Of a DNA stretch of 64,000 nucleotides, positions 38,640-52,909 are shown one piece after another. The notes under the pieces are model-generated. The model worked only from the letters and a program-made list of their open reading frames with translations. It was not told the DNA's origin and did no database searches. Source of the stretch: Octopus vulgaris (Eukaryota); assembly GCA_951406725.2 (NCBI GenBank), contig OX597816.1, forward strand, positions 102,548,001 through 102,612,000, read 5' to 3'. Positions within the stretch are counted from its first letter, which is position 1; the number at the start of each line of letters is the position of its first letter. Position numbers and translations under genes: made by a program.

Positions 38640-40040
38640 CATCCAATACAAATAAAGAATGTTACCGTAGAATTAGAGCCATCCTTAAGAGCGAACTTAA
38701 TGCGAGAAACAGGACTGATTCAATCAATACCTTAGCTATACCTGCTTTGTTCTACAGATTTTACATCATAAAATAGTCCATCAGTAACATCAGTAAAATT
38801 AATAGAAAAATACGCTAGCTCCTCACAATACACCGCGTACATCACCCAAAATCAGATGTAGATAGAATATGCAACCCACGAAAGGCTGGAGGACATGGAC
38901 TGATGTGGCTGCAATTGTCTCTAAAGACAACAGTTATAGGGGAAGACGCCTATCTAAAGAACACCAACGATTGGATACTTGTCTGCAGATATGAAAGTTC
39001 AAGAAAATGTCCTCAGTATCCGAAGAAGCAAAGAATTAGGTACAGGAACTGAGGATCACCGAGACTGAGGTGCAACATAAAACTACAAGTTATTTCAAAT
39101 GGAGTTTCAGTACTGCGAAATACATGTAAGGTATTGCATGGCAAATACCTTAGAACGGCCAGCGATCCTTATGTAGATATAAATATAACCCATCAATGGT
39201 TGGCTACATCTGGACTTAAATCAGAAACATTCTTAAAAATGGTGCTGATCCGGCCTGCTACTTTTGTGGCGCATCCAGGGAAGCAATTGATCACACCATC
39301 TCTGGATTCTCTATTCTAGCCTTACATGAATATGTTAATCGTCATGACACATTTGGTCAGTATTTGAACCGGGTTATATGCTGCAAGTTTGGACTCCCAT
39401 ATGAGGAGAACTGGTGGGAACACAAGCCCGCCAAAACAGTAAAAAATAAAGATATCTCCGTTTTGGGGGAATTTAGTGCCCAAACTGATCATGTTATACA
39501 GGGGATAGATAAGATATTGTGGTAAAAAAAATCACGTTGAAAAAACATGTCTGTTCATAGATATGTCAATCCCAGCAGACTGCAACACTTCTGTAAAAAC
39601 ATTTGAAAAGTTAAGTAAATATAAGGACCTTGAAATAGAGATCTCAAAAATGTGGCATCTAAGAACAACACCTGTATCTGTGATCATCGGCGCTTTGGGG
39701 ACCATATCAAAAGCACTCTTAAACACTGTAGCCAAATACCTGGAAACCCAAGGCATCAAACTAAAAGACATTGTTCTCCTGGGTACTGTCCACATCTTAA
39801 GAAAAACATTGTCATCTTTGAAAATACCCGATTCTCTTAATTTTTTTTTTCAAAACTTAAATATTACAAATTTAAAACAGTCTTAGTTCTCAGATTTTGG
39901 TCTCCTTCCTGTACAGCATATTGCTTGTCATAAATGATACTCATAGGAAAACATCCAACTTGCTGTTACTTGAGTTCTCTGTTTGAAACTTGAAATAGCT
40001 TGTATAAAACTAAGTAATAATAACGTTAATAATAATAATG
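38640..40040 (+). mobile_element. Decayed R4/Dong-type non-LTR retrotransposon (late RT, CCHC, RLE, 3' UTR, TAA tail)
   Basis: YRRIRAILKSELNARN..INTLAIP, HHPKSDVDRI..PRKAGGHGL, HGKY..WLATSGLKSET, NRHDTFGQY, IDMSIPAD..EKLSKYKDLEIEI..VIIGALG..LLGTVHILRK; ends in (TAA)n. Confidence 0.9.
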
Positions 40041-40057
40041 ATGAACACACCCCTTGG

Positions 40058-40328
40058 GAGACGACGTATGAGCGTTCAGCTTTTGCCGAACGACCTGCAC
40101 AAACGATTTGTTTATAGTGATCATATGTTCGTGCCGCATATTAGCTAACTCTCCCCATCGAATCGACGTTGTCTGAACAGGTGTATTATGTGTCAGGTGT
40201 CGAAGTGATCGTAGAGCAACGCGAAATGAAGTGTTTTGCTCTCAAGAACACAACACACCACTCGGTCTAGGAATTGAAATCACAAACCGTGAACGCAACA
40301 CCCTAACCACTAAACCATACGACCTCAC
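40058..40328 (-). mobile_element. SINE family C
   Basis: Colinear with 19520-19812. Confidence 0.8.
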
Positions 40329-40329
40329 A

Positions 40330-40379
<50 letters not shown>

Positions 40380-40999
40380 AATAATAAGTTAAAAATAAAG
40401 TAAGTTAAAGAAATATGTTAAAAAACAATCCGGAAACAAACAGTTGCTTTCTTTGTCAGAAATAGTGACCAAATTTCTCTCACATTTCATTTTAAAATAA
40501 AAAGATATATTAGGTGACTAAAAACATATTTAAAAAATCGGGATGGCCATGGTTAGAAAATCATTAATCATTGGTCTCCTTAATTAGTCCCGACATTTGA
40601 CCCAGGCCATTGTAATATTGATCATTCATTGAAAGATCCACGAGGACTGGCTGTTGCTTAAGCACTGATGGAACACGGTTATGATTCATGGAGTTCCAGC
40701 TTTGACAAGCTCGTCTTTTATTCAAATATACTGTATCTAAATCTATGTTATCTTATATATTTTCCGTTTTTTTTTTTAAGCTGAAATTTTACATATTTCG
40801 CTGCTATTTATAGAAGAATATTTGACTATGTAGATTGCAGCTCCTCATGGGCGCGCATCATATGTATAAGCATATATATGTATGCATGTTGTGTGTGTAT
40901 GTGACTGTGTGTGCGTGTGTATGGGCATGTAAATATATATTTATATATACACATGGTACAAATATATATATATATATATAAATACACATATACATAATG

Positions 41000-41030
<31 letters not shown>

Positions 41031-41138
41031 ATATATATATGAACACATACACACACATACATATGTACACATAATGCATATATATATATGTATGTGTATA
41101 CATACATACATACATACATACATACATACATACATACA

Positions 41139-41170
<32 letters not shown>

Positions 41171-41374
41171 CACACACCAGGGGAAGTAATCTAGGACAAA
41201 ACATGCAGCGTTTCCGGTGTGTGGCAACTGGGAAATTTAACAACAGTGAAGGCGTCCAGTTTCCTGTGAAACACCAGGAGATTCATTCCACATCAAAGCT
41301 GGCGGCACTGGTGTCCCACATGAAAGAATTTAATTAGGAAGAAATACAACAAATTTTAATATCGAATCCAGGAT

Positions 41375-42055
41375 AGTGGTGGTGGTGGTGGTAGTGTTTA
41401 GTAATGGCAGTTGTGGTAGTGGTAGTGCAGTTGATGACGATGGCCGGGTGGTGATGGCAATGTTTTTGACTGAACTAATGTTGGTGATGTTGATGCTGCT
41501 GCTGTTGGTGGTGGTGGTGGTGGTGGTGGTGGTGGCTGCGGCGGCGGCGGCGACGACGATGATGAGGACGGGGGTGGTGGTGTGGGAATGGTGATGAGGA
41601 TGGTGGTGACGGTGGCGGTGATGACGACGATGTTGACGATGATGTTGTGAGGGAGATCAAGTTGCCAAAATTCTAGCGGGCCGAGCGACCACGTGGAGGA
41701 TTTCAATGTTGATTCGTTACTGATGGTGATGATCGTGGTGCGGGCGGTGACAATGGTGGTAGTGGTGGCGATAAAGGTCATGGTGTTAGTAGTGGTAATG
41801 ATGATGATGGTGTTGTGGTGGTGGTGGTGGTGGAAAGGGTTATATTGGTTTAACGCTGTAGCGCCATCTAGGCTTATGGAGTGATCTTTGTTTTTCTTTC
41901 ATTGATGTTGAAATTATATCATTAGTAAGATGATCCCTTTATTTTTACACGCATTTCTGCTCACAGATGTATATGTGTTAAATACACACACAAACATGGA
42001 CACACACATGCACAATTATATATATATATATATCATATATAAACAGAAACAAACG

Positions 42056-42113
<58 letters not shown>

Positions 42114-42182
42114 CATATATATATGTATGTATATATACATACATATATATATATGTATATATATACATACATACAAAAACAC

Positions 42183-42235
<53 letters not shown>

Positions 42236-42610
42236 CATATACATATATAATATATATATACACTACACATATGTATACTTATATATATATATATATACAT
42301 ACATATGTATACATACATACACATATATACCTCCCCTTTCTTATACACTCAAATTGGCTCACAAACACACACACACATATATATGTGCGCGCGTGTTATT
42401 CACACAATCTACCACTACACACACACACACACACACATATATCCACCACCAGCACCGCTACCAATTTCTACTATCCGCTATTCACTTCTTCCCCATATAG
42501 TTCTCTCTCATTAACATCCCACCACAATCACTACCACCACCACCACCATCACCACCATCACCACCTTCACCACCAATACCACCAATACCACCACAATCAC
42601 CACCTTACTG
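41375..42610. repeat. Compound (GGT/GAT)n, (TA)n and (CAC)n low-complexity tract containing a family D head fragment (41645-41716)
   Basis: Directly visible. Confidence 0.85.
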
Positions 42611-43029
42611 AGACCCAACTCCACTTACCTCCCACACAGAGCAGCGTAAACAGTCACGTGAAGTCAGCAATCCAGGTTAAGAATCTGAATGGCAAATCAT
42701 GTAACTTGTGAACGAACTATAGGCTCAGAACCGCGAGAATCCAACCGCGCCCTCCACCACCCATTGTCGCCGTAAAGACTGTGTTAGTGCGGATAGTTGT
42801 GGAAGCATAGTAGTTAGTTACGGGTGGGGATGGTGGAGTGGAGGCGCTAATTGTTGGGAACCTGTTAAGGGTTAGTGTTTGGGGAAGTTAGCGTTGAGGT
42901 GGAGTATGTAGGTAGCAGGGCGTGAGAACATATTAGCATATCGTAATTATCACACACACACACAAAACACACACACACACACACACACATACAAACACAT
43001 ACACACACACACACAAAGATACACATTTA

Positions 43030-43232
43030 AATGAAATCTGGACAAATTTCTTCAAGGAATACCCGATAAGCCACTTATACCTAGATATAACTCACTCAAC
43101 TAGAACTCCCTACTCGAATGGAACATGATACCACAAAACTTGATTTTAAAAGGATTTAGCTAATCCTATCAGGTGGTGCTATTAAGTTAGACATGGCCTG
43201 GATCAATCTTTGGTCGAAACATATCGAAGTTG
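43030..43232 (+). mobile_element. 3' end of a second CR1-like LINE family
   Basis: NLDKFLQGIPDKPLIP..NSLLEW C-terminal remnant, then tail GGTGGTGC..CATGGCC-stem-GAAAC. Confidence 0.6.
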
Positions 43233-43383
43233 TCTAAATATGTACATATACATATATGTATGTGTGTATGTGTGTATGTATATATGTATGTATGTGTACA
43301 CATGGTTGTAACACCTTGCAACCATAACACAATCGATACATGCACAGGAAGAATATAATACACACACACACACACATATATAT

Positions 43384-43995
43384 ACTTTGGTTCTCAGCCG
43401 CTTGAACTACTGTTCCCAACTATGGTCTCCAGAGAGTGTGAAACAAACTTGTGGAACTCGAAGCAATCTAGTGCCAATACACAGAGAAGATTGACTCGAT
43501 GCAAACGATGTGTTACTGGAAGAGGCTAAAGGAGCTGAGTCTCTATTCCCTGGAGAGAAGGCGAAACATGCGGTGATATATATTTGGAAAATCTTGGAGG
43601 GTTTAGCTCCCAATTTTAGAATTGATAGCTTTACCAATCCTCGAAATGGACGGCATTGCATCATACCAAAGATCCCGTCTTCCCTATCCAAAATAAGGAC
43701 ACAGTACTTCAATAGTCTGGGTTTTAAGGGCCCGCAATTGTTCAACGTCCTTTCAGGCAACCTTAGAGATCTACATGGTGTTGATGTGGAAGTTTTCAAG
43801 GAATGTCTGGACAGATTTCTATCTGAGATACCATATTAACCTACACTGCGGCAGGAAACGCAAAGAAGAGCAACTCCTTCCAGCTTGCTACTTCATCAAA
43901 AACAATATCGGAAACAACACCGAGTAACAACAGGTGGTGCGTCTGCATGACCTCAGCCCTGGGCTGAAACCAGTAAAAGATAAAAGATAAAAGAT
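43384..43995 (+). mobile_element. 5'-truncated, frameshifted CR1-like LINE
   Basis: TLVLSRLNYCSQLWSP..AVIYIWKILEGLAPNF..NSLGFKGPQLFN..LDRFLSEIP; paralogous to 8377-9175; (TAAAAGA)n tail. Confidence 0.88.
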
Positions 43996-44014
43996 ATACA
44001 TACACACAACAAAC

Positions 44015-44120
<106 letters not shown>

Positions 44121-44149
44121 TTATACACACACACACACACACATACATA

Positions 44150-44790
44150 CAAGCTGAGGTACCCACTAAAAAAATTATTGTTAATAAGATGTCTGTTGAT
44201 AGCTATGAAACATTTTTCGTCAAATTTCGGCATTTTTCAAAAAATTAGAACCTATATTAAAGGCTAGGACCAATTTGACGAAAAAATGAGCAGAGTCTGG
44301 TAGCGAACCCGTATCGTCTTCATTTTTCTATATGTGCATAAAATGGCGACATTTTACGCTTTGGGGCAGATTTCATCAAATTGATGTCACGACGGATAGC
44401 GCGCAAAATGCCTAAATTTTGCTTGAGAAATAAAATGCTCTTACCTAATCAAAACCTGAAAGGGGAATTAAAATAACGAATTGAAATAATAGGGTTTAGC
44501 AGATCAGAACAATTCGCATTGAAATGAAGAATTAGCAAATGCTAAAGAGATTACCGTTGACAAGCTGTTTGTTTATAACCATGAAACATTTTTCGTCAAA
44601 TTTCGTCATTTTTCGTCAAATTTCGTCATTTTTCGTTAAATTGATATCACGATGGCTAGTGAGAAAAATGCCGAAATTTTACGCTTTTTGAATATTCGAT
44701 GTTGATTAAAAATTGACTTTTTAAAAAATTCCAAGTGCGTAAGTGACCGACATGTGTCAAGTTTCATCAAGGTCTGTTGGATAGTTTCGA
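44150..44790. repeat. Unclassified element with internal direct, tandem and inverted sub-repeats
   Basis: ATGAAACATTTTTCGTCAAATTTCG at ~44205 and 44581; tandem CATTTTTCGTCAAATTTCGT units at 44587-44640; AAATTGAT.TCACGA.GG.TAG duplicated near 44378 and 44638. Confidence 0.55.
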
Positions 44791-44791
44791 A

Positions 44792-44847
<56 letters not shown>

Positions 44848-45067
44848 GTGTGGGTGTGTGTGTATATATGTATAGTGAATGAGTGTGTATTAGACATACA
44901 ACGCCCATCAACGATACCGAAAGGATGAAAGGCAAACTCGACTACTGAAGGAATTGAACTCAGAACGTAAAAATGCCGCTAGGCATGTTGTCCAATGTCT
45001 CATCGATTCGTCAATTTATAATAATAGCAATAATAATAATCTGCAGGCTCCGTAGAGTAGAATGTCT

Positions 45068-45143
<76 letters not shown>

Positions 45144-45791
45144 GTATATGTTGTTCTTACTCAGGTCAACACAGATTGATGAAATCTATTATAAAAAAAA
45201 CTCAAACATTCCACCGGTGATCATCCCATCATTTTGGTAGGTGGGTGGCAGGAGTGGAACTCTTGGGTCTACATTATCTTATTAGTCCTTTCTTTTTCAA
45301 AGTGAATAATTGAAAGAGAACTAACTGGCTGCTATTTTTAGCTAGCTGAACTATCTGATAAAACCCATCCCAATCCAAACTGCATCCACGGGCGTATTTG
45401 AAATTCTGTTAACGCTAAAATCACGAGGTATTCATTAATTATATAAGCCGTTCCCTGTAAACTTTAAAGTGGTGAGCTGTAAAGCTGTACATATGATAAC
45501 CCACTTACATGATAATCTACTTAAAGCTCTGGTTAAGACTCGGTCAGAATAATTTTTATTTCATTTTATTTTGCTTTACGTCATTTCTATGTAGCTTGGC
45601 AATCGATGGACATAGAACTTGCTGGAAAATCAGGAAGAACTATTTACAGTTCGGTCAGCTGGTCAACGGTAACCTTTTAAACACATGCATCTCTGCTTGG
45701 TCGTCCTACCTATTTGACGTAGCAGAAAATTACATTAATTAGATCCTATTTTACATATTTTTTTATATACATACATACGTACATACATGCA

Positions 45792-45857
<66 letters not shown>

Positions 45858-45940
45858 TGTGTGTGTGTGTGTGTATTTATAAAGAAGACAACAAATGGAA
45901 AATAGGACATACCTATATATTGATATGTATATGTTTAAAA

Positions 45941-46322
45941 GACGGGTAGTAAATAAACAAACGAACATATACTAGATACAAACGCTAGCAGAAAACACAG
46001 GTCACCAACTCCTCATCAGTTATCGGCCAGAGAGTCAAACGCAATTTCGCCCATTATCGATAATATTGCTTCCACTCTGGAGGCTAAGCCTTTATTCTGT
46101 TTACTGTTTGTCCCTCGTCCGTCCATCAACGGTCTCGTCTCGAGCTCATCTCGTTTTGTTATGTCTTGATCCCATTCCCGGTAAGTTTCTTGCCGATTCC
46201 ACCAGAGAGGAAGCAATATTATCGATAATGGCCAAAATTGCGTTTGATCATCCGATAACTGACCTGTGTTTCTGCTCGCCTGTGTAGTTAGTAGACGTTC
46301 GTTTGTTTATTCATATCCCGTG
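45941..46322. mobile_element. Foldback / long-TIR MITE (arms ~45941-46083 and ~46199-46322)
   Basis: Arms are reverse complements (AATAAACAAACGAAC, ACACAGGTCA, CAGTTATCGG, TCAAACGCAATTT, CCATTATCGATAATATTGCTTCC). Confidence 0.75.
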
Positions 46323-46334
46323 TTTATATATATA

Positions 46335-46505
46335 TATATATACGACGGGCTTCTTTCAATTTCCGTCTGCCAAATCCAGTCACAGGGCTTTGGTCGGACA
46401 GAGGCTATAGTAGAAGACCCTTGCCCAAGATTCCACGCAGTGGGACTGAACCCGGAACCATGTGGTTGATAAGCAGCCTACTTACCATACAACCACTCCT
46501 ACACC
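46335..46505 (-). mobile_element. SINE family B, 5' half
   Basis: Reverse complement of the family B head and CORE-like segment. Confidence 0.85.
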
Positions 46506-47835
46506 TATATATATATATATACACACACGCACACACACAGAAACACGCGCCCCATCCACACACATAGACAGAAAGATTCGTAGAATGGTGAAACACAAAA
46601 TACATTCCATTTTTGACCATCCAGGCATTTTGTCCCGGCATAGTGCATCTAGGATTCCATTATCCAAATTTATCCTTCCTGTCTTTTTGTTTTTGTTTTT
46701 TTTGAAGCGCATGGAGAGTAATTTGAAAGAGCTCTAAGTGTCGTTTCTAGTAAAATAATTGACCACGTGAAGTTTCCGTTGTCTGGTGGGTGCCTTCCTA
46801 GAATGCTTTGAAAGTGTAGCAGATATTCTGTCTCAATGACATGATTATTGAGGGTTATTTAAAAGTATCGGGAATAAACTTAGCAATAAACATCGAACAG
46901 CAGTTTATAGCTGTTCGTTTTACGCCGTAGGAAAGAAATAGAGAGAAAGAGAGAGAATTTCGACGTTTCGGAATGTGCTCCTTTGACGAGAAAATCAGAA
47001 CGAAAAGGCAATTACTTTGGCCAAAAACGAAATATACAGACTTGGCGTAGTGTTGCATGTGGTATTTTTCTTCATTGTGTGGGCGTCAAACAGAAAAATA
47101 GATCGCAAATATAAATAGACATAAAAGACCGATGTTCAAATGAGCGGGAAAACAGTGCTGCACCTCGTGATAATCTGGTCGGTACACCTGTCCGAAAATC
47201 AACCTATAAAAATTTTCTTTCCCATCGGACGGGTTTCTTTTCAATTTTTTTCTTTTATATATCTACATTGCGGCAACGTGTTTCTTTGTTCATGTTCAAT
47301 TTGTTCAGTTTGTGAAAATGTATCATTAGAGCATGACTACCTACCTACCTACTTACCTACCTACCTACCTACCTACCTACCTACCTACCTACCTACCTAC
47401 CTACCTACATACATACATACATACATATATACATACATACATACCTACATATATACATGCAATATATATATTGTACATACAATATATACTAAGTGTATGT
47501 GTGTGCAAGCGTGTGTCGTATCAGTTTAGTGCGATGGGACTTTATATGTGTGTGTGTATGTATGCATATGTGCATGTATATCTGTCTATCTGTCTCTTTG
47601 TCTATTTATTTATCTATTTATCTTCTCTTTTCTGTTTGTCTGTCTGTGTCTCACTCTATTTCACTGTGTACACGAATAAGTTGCAAACATCATCATTCAG
47701 ACTGTTACAAGCAACGATAGTACCATATAGAATATTATCATATTACCTATTATAAAACAGTGGCTGATAACACTACCATTTTATATAGAATTATTGAAAA
47801 TAACCAAATGATTTCCTATAGAAGCTTTCTTAATG

Positions 47836-47988
47836 TCTCTATAAAAAAACTGAGAGTGTGTGTTTGTATGTGTGCATCACTAAAACTCGAGAACTATCCA
47901 GTTATTTTCATTCAAGATTACACATATATTACTTAGGGTCCATGGTCACACTCAAAGTAAAACAAACAGTAAAAGAGTTGTGTGTATG

Positions 47989-48034
<46 letters not shown>

Positions 48035-48096
48035 ACCTCAGGCCAACCAAAGCCATGTGAGTGGATTTCGTACACGGAAACTAAAAGAAGACTGTC

Positions 48097-48170
<74 letters not shown>

Positions 48171-48409
48171 GTATCCCCACCACCGCTTGACAACTGATGT
48201 TGCTGTGTTTGCGTCCTCGTAACTTAGCAGTTCAGCAAAAGCCACTGATAGAATAAGCAGTAGACTTACACAGAATAAAACCTGGGGTTGGTTTGTTCGA
48301 CTAAAGGCGGTGCTCCAGCATGGTCGCAATCATATGACTGAAACAAGTAAAACTGAAAAATAAAACCTGTGCTATTTTAATCGCGAGCAACGCTGGGTAT
48401 CTCTACTAG
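47836..48409 (+). mobile_element. Probable non-autonomous Helitron with a nested SINE B (48035-48355)
   Basis: 5' TC start (TCTCTATAAAAAAACTGAGAG); 3' decayed GC-rich hairpin CGAGCAACGCTGGG followed by CTAG|T. Confidence 0.5.
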
Positions 48410-49019
48410 TAATCATATAAAACCGAAATCTCATTCAGAGAGACAAATGAAACAAGGTGTGAAAGTAACCAAGATGAACAACTAAACATTTGAAATCACA
48501 CGGCAACAATTATGTTACTTAAAAGCTGAAAACATCGTTCGTGTGATCCTTTGCTGCTTACTGCAACACGCAGTCACAATGTACCGCTATTATTTATTCA
48601 CTCAAATGAGGCTGAGAAGGAGAGCAACTGTTTATGGATTTAAAACATTCTTTTTCCGATTAAGCATAGAGGATGTTTAATGACTGTTATAAACAGCAAA
48701 ATCAGTAGTGCAGACGATTAAACTCGAGTACATGTTATGTTTGGAGAAAAGTTGCTCACTATATATATGCAAGCACAGAAGCACGGTTACATATAAACGC
48801 CTATACAACCACGTGTGTGTGTGTGTGACAGCGTGTGTACGTATGCGTATGCGTGTATGTGTGGTGTGCGTGCGTATACGCCGGAGTTTATCTCCCTCTC
48901 CCTCTCTCTCTATCGATTGATCTATATACCTATCTATCTATATTACATGTGTCCTATGATTGTATGAGTTATATGATATGCAAATATTTATAACTCTAAT
49001 TGTTTGGGGATAACTACCA

Positions 49020-49212
49020 CCAAGAGGGTTCCCTATGTAGCCGTTTAAAGTGCTTGAAATAGCACTTTATATTTCTCTTCAGATCACACCTTGTCATCTT
49101 CAGAAAGAAAAATGCATCGGATAATTAGTTTTGGATAGAATGCTTGAAAATAACAAATGATTGTCATGGTTGGAATGTCTTGTTTGGTCAGAGTTAAACT
49201 GGGGTTAAAACA
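49020..49212 (+). mobile_element. Family D element, sense orientation, decayed
   Basis: GAGGG..TGCTTGAAATAGCAC..AGATCACACC..GTCATGGTTGGAATGTCTT..CTGGGGTTAAAACAA. Confidence 0.6.
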
Positions 49213-49301
49213 ATAATACTCAGAAACATATACATATATGCATACATATATACGTAAATGTATGTGTGGATGTATATATATTTTAATATATTGTATGTAT
49301 G

Positions 49302-49335
<34 letters not shown>

Positions 49336-49555
49336 TGTATGTATGTATGTATGTATGTATGTATGTGTGCGTGCGTGTACATGCACGCATGTACATAGAC
49401 ACATACACACGCACGCACGCACACACGCACGCACACACGCACGCGCACACATTTCTGTAGATTCTGTATGTTAATCAAATTAAGTTCATCAGTTTTGCAA
49501 TATCTGTGACAGATAAGTATAGGTTCATCTGACTAGAGTTCCATAGCGACTATCT

Positions 49556-49630
<75 letters not shown>

Positions 49631-50089
49631 GAATAGACTGACAGACAGAAAAGGAAGATTTCGAGAGAGAAGGCACGACATATTCTGACGTCAGAAAATT
49701 GTATGAACAATTGATTAAGAACGGCGGTGGAAATACGACAAAGGCTGATTGTGTGAAAAACGGTGCGAAAGTAAAGAATAATTAAACAAATGACTATAAC
49801 TTTAATGTGAATAGACTAAACCAGCTGCGATGGGTGAACACGATACACTTATTGGCTAACTGTGGCCTGCGGGACATTCTGAATGGCATGCTCGACTAAA
49901 AATTACCTTGAACATTGTTAGTAGTGTATCGCACCTGATGATGAGCCATACCTTATACATCTCGCAAAAGGTTTCTCATACTTGCATGGTATTATAATTA
50001 TTAGTGTCAATGCAAGTTGGTATTAGCAACATGGGGACATTGGGTGTTGTTTTCTTTTTTACTGTTCAATAATATCTTTTATCTTTTTA

Positions 50090-50335
50090 CCTTTTACTTG
50101 TTTCAGTCATTGGACTACGGCCATGGTGGGATGTCTTGAAAAATTTTGTCGAACAAATCGCCCCCTTTCCTTATTTTTTAAAAGGGCGATACTTATTCAA
50201 TCGGTGTCTTTGCCGAAACCGTTTGATTACGGTGACGTAAACAAACCAACACCGGTTGTCAAGCGATGTGGGGAGGCATACTCAAGCACAAAGACACATT
50301 CACACTCATATATACATAAATACACATATATCATA

Positions 50336-50367
<32 letters not shown>

Positions 50368-50515
50368 GTACGATGGGCTTCCACACAGGTTCCGTCTACC
50401 AAATCTACTTATAAAGCACTGGTGTGCTCGATTCTATGGCAGAAGACAATTACTCAAGGCGCCACGCATTTGGACTGAACCTGAACTTGTCAAGTAAACT
50501 TCTTAACTACATAGT
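50090..50515 (-). mobile_element. SINE family B (older, divergent)
   Basis: TTGTTTCAGTCAT..CGGCCATG tail, internal (CA)n, AAGGCGCCACGC..GGACTGAACC head. Confidence 0.8.
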
Positions 50516-51119
50516 CTAGAAATGCACGCATTCAAATATTCTCATTATTAGATATATATATATATACTTTTCACTTATTCCTTTCTGTTGAAGTGTGTAG
50601 ACTCGAAACGTAAAAGACCTTTTCAGTTTCCCTAGAGTCAAACTAATACACTCTCTTGTTCATACACCTGTCTTCGTCTTTTGTTTTTCTATAAATTTCA
50701 ACTAAGTAGATAAGAAGTTTGCTACGCAGTCAGTTCTTGGTTTCAATTCCACCTCCTGTCATCTTGGCCTAATATGTTTCATCATAGCCTTGTGTCGATC
50801 CAGAACATTGCAAGAGAAATTTTGCTGACGGAAACTATGTGAAAATCCACCAGGAAGATGGATTATGCGTGTAATACAAAGGGAGAAGCGTGGTGGGGAG
50901 TAAGCATCGGTCCACTCCGGGGGACGCTTTTATGAAAGCGACACTTTGGGAACTTGATTGGGGATGAGAGAAGGGGGAGCTCAAAGGCGGCTCCTGGTGG
51001 CGCACATTCTAGCTAGCAAAGGTTCAAAGGTCCATTCTAACCACACACCGTGTCATTCTGATTCTACCCAAGTGAAGGTGCGTGTATTTGTGGATTACTC
51101 GGTCATTTACACGCTAATT

Positions 51120-51330
51120 CTTTTCTATTCTAGGCACAAGGCCTGAAGTTGGTGGTGGGTGAAGTCGATTAGATCGACCCCAGTACGCGACTGGTACTTA
51201 ATTTATCGACCCCGAAAGGATGAAAGGAAAAGTCGACCTCGGCGGAGTTTGAACTCAGAACGTAACGGCAGACGAAATACCGCTAAACATTTCGCCCGGC
51301 GTGCTAACAGTTCTACCAGTTCATCGTCGT
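51120..51330 (-). mobile_element. SINE family A with target-site duplication
   Basis: Near-consensus copy; ATTTACACGCTAATTC occurs on both flanks (~51105-51120 and 51331-51346). Confidence 0.9.
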
Positions 51331-51507
51331 ATTTACACGCTAATTCAATGAAAATAAAACTCAGTTGAACAACTGAATACTCATCTTCGAAAACGACAGA
51401 GATCCATTCATTTGTCATGTGTGAACTCAAACTATCTGTAAACCTACCTACCTACCTACCTACCTACCTACCTACCTACCTACCTACCTACCTACCTACC
51501 TACCTAC

Positions 51508-51550
<43 letters not shown>

Positions 51551-51674
51551 GCTAGCTAGCTAGCTAGCTAGCTAGCTATCATCTGTCTGTCTGACTGTGT
51601 GTATGCACACACATTATTGCGTGTAGAATTTTTATAGGTGTCTTACAAATTCGTTCGTGTATGCATATGTATGC

Positions 51675-51706
<32 letters not shown>

Positions 51707-52184
51707 TACACAGACACACGCATATATATATATATATACACACACAACGCGTAGACAAAAACTCCTAAATTAACGTATACTGATACACGTAAAAGACTTT
51801 CACATACCCACAAACAAACGTACACAGTTACATATACACACACACATGCATGCATACATACATATATGCATACATACATACATACATACATACATACATA
51901 CATACATACATACATACATACACAAATATACACAGTTCCAACGAAGGTGAAGTCTGAGCGTGTGAAAAAATGATAAATCGGATATGAAAGTTCTCTGAAA
52001 TGTAATCTGGCGGGATTTTCTTTTCCTTGATGTAATGTACACACACACACACACACATACACACGTATCTATTTTTATATACTGCTATGTATGTATGTAT
52101 GTATGTATGTATGTATGTATGTATGTATGTATGTATGTATGTATGTATGTATGTATGTATGTATCTATCTATCACTTTATTCCC

Positions 52185-52335
52185 TTGGTAAGTAGCTTGC
52201 TTACCAAACACATGGTTCTGGGTTCAGTCTCACTGTGTGGCACCTTGGGCAAGTGTCTTTTATTTATAGCCTCGGGCCGACCAAAACCTTCTAAGTGGGT
52301 GTGGATTTGGCAGACGGAAACCGAAAAGCCTGCCG

Positions 52336-52377
<42 letters not shown>

Positions 52378-52391
52378 TATATATAAATATA

Positions 52392-52458
<67 letters not shown>

Positions 52459-52620
52459 TGTGTATGTATATATATGTTTGTGTGTCTGTGTTTGTCCCCA
52501 CCACCATCGCTTGACAACCGATGCTGGTGTGTTTCCGTCCCCGTAACTGAACGGTTCGGCAAAAAACCCGATAGAATAAGTACTAGGCTTACAAAGAATA
52601 AGTCCTGGGGTCGATTTGTT
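52185..52620 (+). mobile_element. SINE family B with expanded internal microsatellite
   Basis: Head 52185-52335, (TACA/TA)n insert ~52336-52485, 3' half to 52620. Confidence 0.88.
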
Positions 52621-52681
52621 CTGCCCTGTGTGGCCAGCAAAGGAACATATCAGTCTGTCTACATATAAATATATATGTGCA

Positions 52682-52726
<45 letters not shown>

Positions 52727-52849
52727 GCGCCTGCGCGCATAAGCATAACCAGAAATACACACATATACACATATATTAGCATTTGTATTACAGTAGAGAC
52801 AAGAAGTCCTAAACACTTCATTCCATCGCTACTCTGAGTTTCCAGTAAA

Positions 52850-52909
<60 letters not shown>

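Noticed and set aside
46000-46025. Minus-strand CTGATGAG in the foldback arm as a hammerhead core
   Set aside because: No downstream stem II plus GAAA on that strand.
49930-49975. CTGATGA-TGAG...CTCG-CAAA motif
   Set aside because: The GAAA box is broken, no NUH or stem I is evident, and there is no second copy in the window.
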